A stretch of DNA of 32,000 nt from Gemmata obscuriglobus (GTDB lineage: Bacteria > Planctomycetota > Planctomycetia > Gemmatales > Gemmataceae). The stretch's first letter is position 1. Each line of letters begins with the position of its first letter. The position numbers were made by a program, and so were the translations under genes. Below the pieces are notes generated by a model. It did not search any database and had not been told where the DNA came from. It was given only the letters and a program-made list of their open reading frames with translations. The stretch lies in the NCBI RefSeq assembly GCF_008065095.1, contig NZ_CP042911.1, positions 7,560,001-7,592,000 of the forward strand, written 5' to 3'. Positions 15,947 to 23,480 of the stretch are shown piece by piece.

Positions 15947-16744
15947 CTACAGCCCTCCGAGATAGGCTTCGAGGGCCGATTTGGTTCCGGCACTCAGGAG
16001 CGAACCGGACAGAAGAGAGAACCCGGAAGTCCTACCCAGGTAATTATTTAAACCCGCTTCCGCACCAATATTCAATTGATTGGAAGTCGGGAAGGGAGCG
16101 CCGACCCAGTTACCAACAACAGGCGTCCCGCCGTTGAATGAAATTCTAGTCTGCGACAACGCGTTGTCGTATTCCACTACGATCGTATTGGCGCCCGTTG
16201 TGTCTCCGGTGAGATAGGCTGTAGCTAACTGCGATCCACCCGCGCCGTAAATGTGCGACCCGCTACCGGTCGAGCCCGGTGGGCTACGGACGTGGTGCCC
16301 GCGCAAATCACCTCCGACCGCATTTGAGCCGTAGAGTATCGATGTACCGCCTGATTTGATTGATCGATTGCTACGCGCCCCAACGGTAACCGCCTGACCG
16401 GATGGGGTGGGAAGATTCGCGTTGGCGACAAGGCAATCGTCCACCCCGTCGAAGCTCAGCGACCACAACAACCCGCCCTCGAAGTACAGCAGCGGGCGCG
16501 CGGCGTCAGAAGGGGCCGTAAACACCACCTCACCGAGCGGGCCGAAGGGCCACACCGCCACCCGCACCGGGTCCAGGTGCGAGACGGCCGGGATCGTGCG
16601 GGCCAGGTCCTGCCACAGCAGCCCGTTGGCGCGCATCCACGCGACCAACAGCGCGTAGCAGGCCGCGCCCAGGAACGCGAGCGGGTTGACCAGCCCGCTG
16701 CGCCGTCGGGTCGATGTCAGCGATAACCCCAGGCTCAGATTCAC
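15947..16744 (-). CDS. Membrane-anchored LamG / concanavalin-A-like lectin-fold protein (265 aa)
   Basis: The N-terminal hydrophobic helix is LVNPLAFLGAACYALLVAW. The signature LSFDGVDDCLVANANL matches the FDGxDDyl pattern of Laminin_G_3/LamG domains. The 3' two-thirds of the gene (about 15960-16450) is clearly lower in GC than the 5' third. Confidence 0.6.
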   Translation of the reverse strand: MNLSLGLSLTSTRRRSGLVNPLAFLGAACYALLVAWMRANGLLWQDLARTIPAVSHLDPVRVAVWPFGPLGEVVFTAPSDAARPLLYFEGGLLWSLSFDGVDDCLVANANLPTPSGQAVTVGARSNRSIKSGGTSILYGSNAVGGDLRGHHVRSPPGSTGSGSHIYGAGGSQLATAYLTGDTTGANTIVVEYDNALSQTRISFNGGTPVVGNWVGAPFPTSNQLNIGAEAGLNNYLGRTSGFSLLSGSLLSAGTKSALEAYLGGL

Positions 16745-16756
16745 CGCCGCCCCCGC

Positions 16757-17041
16757 TCAGTAGATCGCGGTGATGTCGCCGCCCGTGGTGCCGGTCGCCA
16801 GGACGCGCCGCACCCGGTACGGGTACGGCATCCCGGCCGCCCGGTTCTTGAGCGTCACGGGCGTGCCGGTGCCGCCGTTGCTCGCGTCGGACGCGAAGAT
16901 CACCCGCACGTCGCCCGCGGTGCCCACGTCGAAAGCGCGGCACGGGCCGTTGGGCAGGTCCGTGGTGTCGCTCGGGACCACCGCGATGCCGATGTCCCCC
17001 GGGGCGTCGAGCCCGGTGTCCTTGTGCCGGTCGGCGGGCAT
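16757..17041 (-). CDS. Hypothetical small virion-module protein (94 aa)
   Basis: Tightly packed between neighbours (8 nt and 12 nt gaps). Normal composition. No family recognised. Confidence 0.5.
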   Translation of the reverse strand: MPADRHKDTGLDAPGDIGIAVVPSDTTDLPNGPCRAFDVGTAGDVRVIFASDASNGGTGTPVTLKNRAAGMPYPYRVRRVLATGTTGGDITAIY

Positions 17042-17049
17042 GTGCTACC

Positions 17050-17658
17050 TCACGTTTGCAGCCACCTGCGGGCGGCGCTCTCGGCCAGGGCCGCGGCCGC
17101 CGCGGTCGCCCCCGGCTCGCTCACGCCCAGGAACTCGCGCCGCGGCACCACGGCCTTCCGCACGAGCAGGAAGTGCCCGACCAGCCGGCCGTTCACCCGG
17201 CGGGCGAACAGCGGCTCGCGGGCCGTGCCGCGCAGGTTCCGCGGGGAGCCCGCGCGCTTCGCCGCCGCGGTCAGGGCGATCGCCAGGAACTTGCCCCGCC
17301 GCGGCACCACGGTCCCGCCGAAGTTGTGCAGCGCGGCCCCGGGGTGGTTGGTGCCCACGACGACCTCGTCGCCGGTGAACCGCCCGGTGAAGCTGGCCAT
17401 CAGCGCCCCGGTGTCGCGGAGCGGCTGGGCGGTGCCGCCGCCCCGGAACGCCCGCCCGTACCGGAGCGGCCGCCAGGGCGTGCCGTCGGGGGCCGTGCCG
17501 GTGCTGAACCGCCGCTTCACGTCGCTCACCAGGATCTGCACCAGCTCGCGGCCGGTCGGCGCGTCGAGCGGTGCCGCCGCCGGGAGCGCGAGCGGCCCCG
17601 CGGCGGGCTGCCGCGCCGCCCGGGCCAGGTCCGCGAAGCTCAGCACCAGCCCGGCCAT
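17050..17658 (-). CDS. Virion morphogenesis / tail completion protein, Mu gpG / P2 gpS-like (202 aa)
   Basis: PWRPL...GGTAQPLRDTGALMASFTGRFTGDEVVVGTNHPGAALHNFGG matches the qpL.dtG.L..S...v.vGtn..YA..hqfG pattern of the phage virion morphogenesis family. ATG 17658 follows the upstream TAG by 2 nt. Confidence 0.7.
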   Translation of the reverse strand: MAGLVLSFADLARAARQPAAGPLALPAAAPLDAPTGRELVQILVSDVKRRFSTGTAPDGTPWRPLRYGRAFRGGGTAQPLRDTGALMASFTGRFTGDEVVVGTNHPGAALHNFGGTVVPRRGKFLAIALTAAAKRAGSPRNLRGTAREPLFARRVNGRLVGHFLLVRKAVVPRREFLGVSEPGATAAAAALAESAARRWLQT

Positions 17659-17660
17659 CG

Positions 17661-18137
17661 CTACAGCCTCGTGCCGTCCCCGAAGGAGAACCGCCCCTCC
17701 TCCGGGTCGTCCAGCCGGAACCGGTCGCCCGACGTGTCGGAGTCGCCGCACGAGATCCGCGCGGACCCGGGTGCGGGCGCCCACACGTCGTCACCCAGGA
17801 GCACGTCGGCGTCCTTGAGTTCGGCGGCGAGGTCCGCGAGCTCCTGGCGGAACACGGCGACCGCCTCCGGGTCCGAGCGGCAAGCCGCGAGGAAGGCGTG
17901 GGCGATCGCGAACCGCAGGTTCCAGTCGAACCCGTCGGTGGTCGCGTCGGCCCCGAACTGCGCGAACTCGGCGGCGGACATGCCGCGGCCGAGCATGATC
18001 CGGCGGACGTCGTTGTACCCGTTCTGGTTGGCCCGCGGCAGCAGCGCGTCCCAGTGGTCCGGGAGCGCCGCGTCCCGCATGGCGTTGGCCGCGGTGACCT
18101 GGGCGCGGAGCTGCTCGTCGCTGACGAAGGTGGGCAC
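17661..18137 (-). CDS. Head-tail connector/adaptor candidate (158 aa, GTG start)
   Basis: GAGGAG lies 7 nt upstream of GTG 18137. The gene follows the major capsid gene directly, as Mu gp36/DUF1320-type genes do. The long track ORF 17661..19034 is otherwise an out-of-frame overlap with the capsid gene. Confidence 0.5.
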   Translation of the reverse strand: MPTFVSDEQLRAQVTAANAMRDAALPDHWDALLPRANQNGYNDVRRIMLGRGMSAAEFAQFGADATTDGFDWNLRFAIAHAFLAACRSDPEAVAVFRQELADLAAELKDADVLLGDDVWAPAPGSARISCGDSDTSGDRFRLDDPEEGRFSFGDGTRL

Positions 18138-18166
18138 GGCGGCTCCTCGGGAACGGGTCGGGCGGC

Positions 18167-19135
18167 TCAGGCGCCGAGGTAGTTGCTGACCAGCAGGTCC
18201 CCGTGCCCGCGGTAGACGTTGGTCTTGGTGCCGCCCGCGGTGCCGGCCTGGATCGTCTCCGAGGTGAACACCGCGCGGAACAGGTTCTCCAGCGACGGGT
18301 TCACGATGTACGTGATGGTGTCCGCGCTGAACGTGAGCTGCTCGTTCGGCCACCACTCGTCGTCGGCCGGGTCCGCCTTGTCCAGCTTGAACCCGCGGAA
18401 CGCGAGCTCGACCGCCTTGATGATCTCCTCCACCTCGTTCACCGTGGGCAGGTCGGTGACGGTCATCTTGACCGCGCTCCACCAGAACCCGAACGCCGCG
18501 GCGCCCTCGAAGTCGTACCAGAACTTGACCTGCTTCTCCTCCTTGGACTGCGGCGAGTTGCCGTTGTCCTCGAGCCCCTTGTCCTTGCGGTCCTGCCAGA
18601 TGATCGGCTTCAGGCCGGGCGTCTTGAGCAGCGCCACCACGGTGTTCGTGGACCCGTCGTTGGCCGCGCAGTCCTTGGTCAGGGCGTTGTTCCCGGACCC
18701 GATGTTGTGGCTGGTAGCGAAGAAGTTGGACCCGTCGAAGCACGGCCCGTTGTCCCGCAGCAGCTTGAGGCTCTCGCGGCCCGGGAAGTCGGCCACGTCG
18801 GCCGCCATCATCTGCATGCGGGTGCCGTACCCGCCGGTCTGGTCGTCCTCGATGTCGCGCAGCAGGACCGCCTCCTCCGCGCTGTACTCGAGGTTCTCGA
18901 CCTTGTACTTGCTCCAGTCGGGGCGGGTGTAGTTGCGCCTCCCGAGCCACCGCTTGAGCCGCGGGGGCGGGCTCATCCACGGGTACTGCTCGATGCGGGC
19001 GGTCGAGGCCACCCGCTGGACGAACGACGTCCACGGGGTGATCTTGATGCCCGCGCGCAGGGCCTCGTACGCCTGCAGGAACTCCGACCGCATGCTGGCG
19101 GTGAAGATCGTCACCTTGTCGTTGATGTTCGGCAC
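18167..19135 (-). CDS. Major capsid protein, Mu gpT-like (322 aa)
   Basis: The N-terminal pattern ...W..VA..V.S....E.Y.W...P.L..W.G.R....Y.V.N.....V...DIEDD..G.Y...M..M is the recognisable signature of Mu-like major head subunit gpT. The gene sits downstream of the protease/scaffold. Confidence 0.8.
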   Translation of the reverse strand: MPNINDKVTIFTASMRSEFLQAYEALRAGIKITPWTSFVQRVASTARIEQYPWMSPPPRLKRWLGRRNYTRPDWSKYKVENLEYSAEEAVLLRDIEDDQTGGYGTRMQMMAADVADFPGRESLKLLRDNGPCFDGSNFFATSHNIGSGNNALTKDCAANDGSTNTVVALLKTPGLKPIIWQDRKDKGLEDNGNSPQSKEEKQVKFWYDFEGAAAFGFWWSAVKMTVTDLPTVNEVEEIIKAVELAFRGFKLDKADPADDEWWPNEQLTFSADTITYIVNPSLENLFRAVFTSETIQAGTAGGTKTNVYRGHGDLLVSNYLGA

Positions 19136-19175
19136 GGGTCGCGGGCCTCGAAGGGGGTCGGGGGGTCGTCGGTCC

Positions 19176-19928
19176 TCAGGCGATGGTGACGCCGTTCGGA
19201 CCGCCGTCCGCGTACCAGTTCCCCTGGTACGCGACGACGCGGAAGCTGTTGCCGCGGGCGGCGCCGAACGTGGCGGTCCCGGTCGCGCCCTTGGCGTTGA
19301 ACCCGACGCCGGCGCAGGTGACGACGTGGGCGGCGGCGGTGGTGGACACCAGCTCGAGCACCTTGCCGTCGTCGGCGCCGGCGGCCGGGGCCGCGAGCGT
19401 GAGGGCGGCGGCGGTGCCCTTGGTGAGGAGCACGGTCCCGGCCTTGACCGGCACCGCGCCGTCGCCCGCGAGCACCAGGAGGGCGCTGTTGCCGCCCCCG
19501 CCGGCCTGGAAGTAGTGGGCCTCGACCACCACCGCGGTGGCGCTGAGCACCGCCGCGACGCGGCCGACGAAGTTGCCGAACGCGCCGGGGGCGAACGCGA
19601 CCGTCTGGTCGTCCACCGCGTACACCCGGCGGCCCACGTCGCCCGGGGCGGCCGCGGCGATCGCCACGGTGATGAACCGGGGCTGGTTCACGTCGAGCAG
19701 CACGTCCCCGTTGGCCCCGCCGGCGAGCACCTCGGTACTGGCCGACGCGAGCACCCCGTCGAACGTCTTGACGGCGGCGTCGTCCATCTTGTCCGCCCAG
19801 CCGGCGGCGGTGAGCCCGATCATCGCGTTCGGGAAGAACACCTGGGCGGTGCTGACCGCCCCGCGCTTGGTGATGTAGTCGCCGAACGGGGTGGTCCCCA
19901 CGTTGCCGCGCTTGATCGTGTTGGGCAT
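19176..19928 (-). CDS. Head decoration / cement-like protein candidate (250 aa)
   Basis: It lies between the scaffold and the major capsid. It is a Gly/Ala/Val/Thr-rich beta-type sequence with two similar halves. GAGGGA SD. The family is not confirmed. Confidence 0.5.
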   Translation of the reverse strand: MPNTIKRGNVGTTPFGDYITKRGAVSTAQVFFPNAMIGLTAAGWADKMDDAAVKTFDGVLASASTEVLAGGANGDVLLDVNQPRFITVAIAAAAPGDVGRRVYAVDDQTVAFAPGAFGNFVGRVAAVLSATAVVVEAHYFQAGGGGNSALLVLAGDGAVPVKAGTVLLTKGTAAALTLAAPAAGADDGKVLELVSTTAAAHVVTCAGVGFNAKGATGTATFGAARGNSFRVVAYQGNWYADGGPNGVTIA

Positions 19929-19971
19929 CGGTCGTCCCTCGGGGTCGGCGGGGTCGGGGTCGGGTCGGTGC

Positions 19972-19991
19972 GGGTGCGGGCGCCCGCACCC
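19972..19991. repeat. Perfect 20-nt GC palindrome GGGTGCGGGCGCCCGCACCC (terminator-like stem-loop or operator)
   Basis: It shares its 18-nt core with 15065-15082. It lies 7 nt downstream of the protease/scaffold stop (19999-20001). Confidence 0.45.
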
Positions 19992-19998
19992 GGCGGGG

Positions 19999-21726
19999 TC
20001 AGTGGACCATCGCGGCGGCGTCGGCGCCGATCAGCTTGGCGGCGGTGAACGCCGGGTCCCGCTCGGCCATGCTCTTGGCGGTCGCCACCAGCTTCTTCGG
20101 GTCGGTGCCGTGCTTGCGCAGGGCCTCGCCCTGCGCCTCGGCGAACCGCTCGACCTTGCGCACCTCTGCGGCCGCCCGGTCCTTGGCCTCGGCCGGGCCG
20201 GCGGCGAACCGCTCGCCGAACCGGACCGTCACCGGCATCTGCGCGAGCTGGGCCTTGCGGGCCTCGTAGGCGGTGAGGTTGCGGGTCCGGCCGTTCTCGG
20301 TGAACCGGTGGACGGCCCGGGTGTCGTCGAGCCCGAGCAGGAGCGGCAGGTACGCGGCCGTCACCTGGGCCGGGGTGGCCCGGCCCTCGGAGACGAGCTG
20401 GTCGCAGAACTTCGTCGCGTCGTCGCGCTTCCGCCGCTCGTTGCTGACGCGGAGCCGGCTCAGCTCGTTGTCCAACGCGGCGTTCAGCCGCTTCGCCTTG
20501 ATCGCGAGTTCGCTGTTCACGGTGACGCCCCTGCGGGTGGCGGGTTTGGGCCTGGGTTTGCGCCGCGGCTCGCTCATCGGGACGGCCGCCGGGGCCGGCG
20601 CGGGGGCCGCGGGCGGTGCGGCCGGGTCGGCGGTGAGCTGGGCGTACAGGGCGCGGAGCTGGTCGTCGGGCATGGCGTCGAGCGCGGCCGCGTCCTGGCC
20701 CTGCGCCACCAGGTCCGCGATCATCTCCTCGCGGGTCACGGCCGCCGGGTCCGCCATCGTCTCGACCGGTTCCTCGCCCTCGCCCTCGGTGCCCTCGGTC
20801 TCGGTCCCCTCGCCGATCACTTCCTCGTACAGGGCGCCGAGCTCCTCGTCGCTCATCCCCTCGAGCTCGGCCGCGTCCTCCCCCTCGTCCACCAGGGCGG
20901 CGATCATCTCCTCGCGCGACGGCTCGGCGAACATTCCGGTGGCCGGCGCGGGGGCGGGGTTCGGCGCCGGGGTCGGCGTCGCGGCCCCGGTGGGGAGGTT
21001 CTTGACCAGGTCCGCGAGGGCCTCGTCGGTCATCGCGTCGAGGGTGGACTGGCTGATCCCGGGCATGGCCGCCTGGATCGCGGCGATCATCGACTGGCGG
21101 TCCATTCTGCTCGTCTCCGCGAAGGTGATCAGGGCGCCGCGGCGGCCCCGGACGGTGTGCTCCCGGATCCGCACCCCGGCGCGCTCGCCGAACCGCAGCG
21201 GCGCGGGCATCGGCTCGGGCTTCGGCAGCGGCCCCAGGCGCTTCACCTGGGGCACCTCGCCGCCGAGGTAGCTGAACTTGCGCAGCACCTTGCCGTGCGT
21301 GTTCCCGAAGTCGTCGAGGAACGAGTCGTAGATCTCGGCCGAGCCGTACCGGTACTCGCCGCTCTCGATCTTCCGGGCCATCGCCTCGGGCACGTTGACC
21401 ACGTTCCCCTTGAGGATCACGTGCCCCGCGTGCTGCGGGTCGGGGACGGCCCGCAGGCTGTTCGGGTCGACCCACCCGGCCGCGGGCTCGTCGGTCGGCA
21501 CGAACTCGCGCCACCCCTCGTCGTCCTCGTGCCCGGGGGCCGCCGGCGGGGTGTGCAGCTTCGCGCCGCCCGGGCCGAGCTTGCGCCCGGCCTCGGCCAT
21601 GTTCCGCACCCAGTGCGGGAACCAGCGCCGGCCGCGGTACACCCCCGACGCGAACAGGTTCACGTCGCGGAGCATGTAGTAGCGGGGCTGGGTCGCGGTG
21701 CGGGGCTGGGTGGCGGCGCCGGGCAT
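19999..21726 (-). CDS. Prohead protease/scaffold, Mu gpI-like (575 aa)
   Basis: The N-terminal AAGWVDP...GHVILKGNVVNVPEAMARKIESGEYRYGSAEIY resembles the aaGWi...v.wT..A...i..geYrY.Sp.f signature of Mu-like prophage protein I. The C-terminal half is acidic and helical, as in scaffolds. I chose ATG 21726 because the upstream part of track ORF 19999..22206 is antisense to the TIGR03067-like gene. Confidence 0.6.
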   Translation of the reverse strand: MPGAATQPRTATQPRYYMLRDVNLFASGVYRGRRWFPHWVRNMAEAGRKLGPGGAKLHTPPAAPGHEDDEGWREFVPTDEPAAGWVDPNSLRAVPDPQHAGHVILKGNVVNVPEAMARKIESGEYRYGSAEIYDSFLDDFGNTHGKVLRKFSYLGGEVPQVKRLGPLPKPEPMPAPLRFGERAGVRIREHTVRGRRGALITFAETSRMDRQSMIAAIQAAMPGISQSTLDAMTDEALADLVKNLPTGAATPTPAPNPAPAPATGMFAEPSREEMIAALVDEGEDAAELEGMSDEELGALYEEVIGEGTETEGTEGEGEEPVETMADPAAVTREEMIADLVAQGQDAAALDAMPDDQLRALYAQLTADPAAPPAAPAPAPAAVPMSEPRRKPRPKPATRRGVTVNSELAIKAKRLNAALDNELSRLRVSNERRKRDDATKFCDQLVSEGRATPAQVTAAYLPLLLGLDDTRAVHRFTENGRTRNLTAYEARKAQLAQMPVTVRFGERFAAGPAEAKDRAAAEVRKVERFAEAQGEALRKHGTDPKKLVATAKSMAERDPAFTAAKLIGADAAAMVH

Positions 21727-21732
21727 GCCCCC

Positions 21733-21762
21733 ACTGTGCGCGGGAGGGTTGCCCGGATGAAA
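21733..21762 (-). promoter_or_regulatory. Late promoter-like motif S3 (TTTCAT-N18-CACAGT)
   Basis: The minus strand reads TTTCAT CCGGGCAACCCTCCCGCG CACAGT, then 6 nt, then ATG 21726. Confidence 0.5.
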
Positions 21763-21895
21763 GAAGACCAAAAAAGAGTTGGGCCGCACCAATCGGTGCG
21801 GCAACGCGTCGGCTCTCATCACTCCTTCGTTTGCTCTAACTAAATCGCCATTGCGTCCTCGGACCCGAAGCACCACCCACCACGTGAGGGCTCTG

Positions 21896-22330
21896 ATGAA
21901 CCGGCTTTGTTTCTGCGTGCTCGCGGCGCTCTTCACCACCTGCGTTTCCTTGGGCGAAGAGCAGCCGAAGGCCGTGAAGGACGAACTCAAATTGCTGGAA
22001 GGTGAGTGGAAGGTCGTCAAAGCCGAGAGCGGCGGAAAGGCGGTCAAATCGAAGTCGGTTGTCGTGTACACCGCGGACGGGAAGTCCTCCATTTCGGACC
22101 CCAACTCGGGGCTGCCGCCGCTGAAGACAACGATCGCGCTCGACCCAACGAAGAAGCCGAAATGGATCGACGTGACGAACGCCCGGGGCCGCACCGATAA
22201 GGGCATTTATGAGTTGAACGGCGATCAGATGAAGGCCGTGTTCCGTGCCGGCGGGGACCGACCGACGGAGTTCAAAACGGAAGCCGAGGGCGAGGTGATG
22301 TACACTTACGAGCGGGTCAAACCCAAGTGA
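21896..22330 (+). CDS. Secreted TIGR03067-family (Planctomycetes-type) protein (144 aa), low-GC cargo gene
   Basis: Signal peptide MNRLCFCVLAALFTTCVSLG. LEGEWKVVKAESGGK...IALDPTKKPKWIDVT...GIYELNGDQMKAVF...RPTEFKTE...YERVK matches the TIGR03067 pattern (LqGtWkvvs.e..Gk...y.ldp.kkPk.iD....G...GIYkldgD.L.l......RPteF). The gene is on the opposite strand to the late genes. Confidence 0.75.
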   Translation: MNRLCFCVLAALFTTCVSLGEEQPKAVKDELKLLEGEWKVVKAESGGKAVKSKSVVVYTADGKSSISDPNSGLPPLKTTIALDPTKKPKWIDVTNARGRTDKGIYELNGDQMKAVFRAGGDRPTEFKTEAEGEVMYTYERVKPK

Positions 22331-22427
22331 GGGTCGTACCGAGTCAAACGGCGGTCTCGACCTCAAGGGCGACCGCACCTCGACAGCTGTCGTCGCGATG
22401 CGACTAACCGCGGCGCCGACCGTGAGA

Positions 22428-23480
22428 TCAGCCCGCCAGCGCCCGGCACAGCGCCCGCACGCCTGCCAAGCGCCCGCGCAGTTCCGCGACCACGGCCCGT
22501 TCGCTCATGTGGGCCGTGCGGCCCTTCTGCCGCGCGCCCGGGTCGAGCAGGTCGAGCGTCTCGCCCACCCAGGCCTTGAGCTTCTTCACCGCGTCCTGGG
22601 TCGAGTCCGGGGCCTCGCCCGTCACCTCGCGCGCCAGCGGGGCCAGCTTCCGCGGGAACTTCCGCGCGTAATCGTCGATCTGCTTTTCCGCGGCTTTCAG
22701 GGCCGCCCGGGCCGCGGTGGTCTCGTAGTTCCACCCCAGCGCGCGGCCGGTGGTGATCCCGGCGTCCACGCTCTTCTTCAGCGCGGGCAGATTCGGGCTG
22801 CCGTCGGCCCGGGGCGGGACCGCGGGCGCCCCCGTCGCGGTCGCGGCCGCTTTCACCTTCGCGGCCGCGGCGCCGGCGCGGTTGGCGGCCGGCCCCTTGG
22901 GCGCCGGTCCGGTGCGAGGCGGTTGGCGCACCACCGCGTGCGGGTCCGCGACCTTCTTCTTCGGGTCGAACTCCGGCGCCGCCGTCGGCGACTTCGGTTT
23001 CGCCGGCGGGGCGGGTTTCGGTTTGGGCGGGGGTGCGGGCGCCGGTACCTCCTTCGGGACCGCGGGCAGGCTCGCGACCGGGAGCGTGGGCGACGGCTTC
23101 GGCCCGGCCTTCAGTTCCGCCTCGGCGGCCTCGGCGCGCTTGCGGAGCGGCTCGAGCTCGGCGGCCGGGAGCTTCGCCCGGACCGCGGCGTCGTGCGAGT
23201 CGCGCGCGACCTTGGCCTTCATCGTCAGGATGCGCTCCTGCTCGCCAGGTTTGGGACCGCCCTTCCCGGCCGCGGGCGCCTTCGGCCCCGTCGCCGCGGG
23301 CCGCTTCTCGCCTTTCTTGCGGCCCTTCAGCTTCTGGAACACCGCCAGCGTGAGCGTGCGCTTCCCACTGGGCGAGACCATGCGGTCGCCCTTCTGCTGC
23401 CAGTCGTCGAACCCGGCGAACGCGTCCCACACGCCCGCGGCGCAGGCCCGGAGCGCGAGCAGGTCGGTCAGGTCAGGCAC
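22428..23480 (-). CDS. Basic Ala/Pro/Lys-rich virion-module protein with an N-terminal W-x2-W...SGKR module (350 aa)
   Basis: The N-terminus FAGFDDWQQKGDRMVSPSGKRTLTLAVFQKL is paralogous to two segments of the giant ORF. The middle has histone-H1-like PKPKPAPPAKPK tracts. The GTG start overlaps the upstream stop (GTGCCTGA). Confidence 0.6.
   Translation of the reverse strand: MPDLTDLLALRACAAGVWDAFAGFDDWQQKGDRMVSPSGKRTLTLAVFQKLKGRKKGEKRPAATGPKAPAAGKGGPKPGEQERILTMKAKVARDSHDAAVRAKLPAAELEPLRKRAEAAEAELKAGPKPSPTLPVASLPAVPKEVPAPAPPPKPKPAPPAKPKSPTAAPEFDPKKKVADPHAVVRQPPRTGPAPKGPAANRAGAAAAKVKAAATATGAPAVPPRADGSPNLPALKKSVDAGITTGRALGWNYETTAARAALKAAEKQIDDYARKFPRKLAPLAREVTGEAPDSTQDAVKKLKAWVGETLDLLDPGARQKGRTAHMSERAVVAELRGRLAGVRALCRALAG

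Noticed and set aside
19941-19971. G-run cluster GGGGTCGGCGGGGTCGGGGTCGGGTCGG on the plus strand, considered as a possible G-quadruplex between the scaffold and decoration genes.
   Set aside because: It lies on the non-transcribed strand relative to the late mRNA. G-runs of this kind are common at this GC content, and I see no second copy or conserved context.
21727-22206. N-terminal extension of the protease/scaffold gene to 735 aa (track ORF 19999..22206).
   Set aside because: The extension runs through motif S3 and antisense across the well-supported TIGR03067-like gene, and its sequence is not protein-like. I preferred ATG 21726. A later start at about 21678 cannot be excluded.
22331-22427. 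Small palindromes (CGACAGCTGTCG at 22381-22392 and TCGCgatGCGA) between the convergent genes, considered as a bidirectional terminator.
   Set aside because: The stems are short, with essentially no loop and no flanking T/A runs. That is not enough evidence to annotate them.
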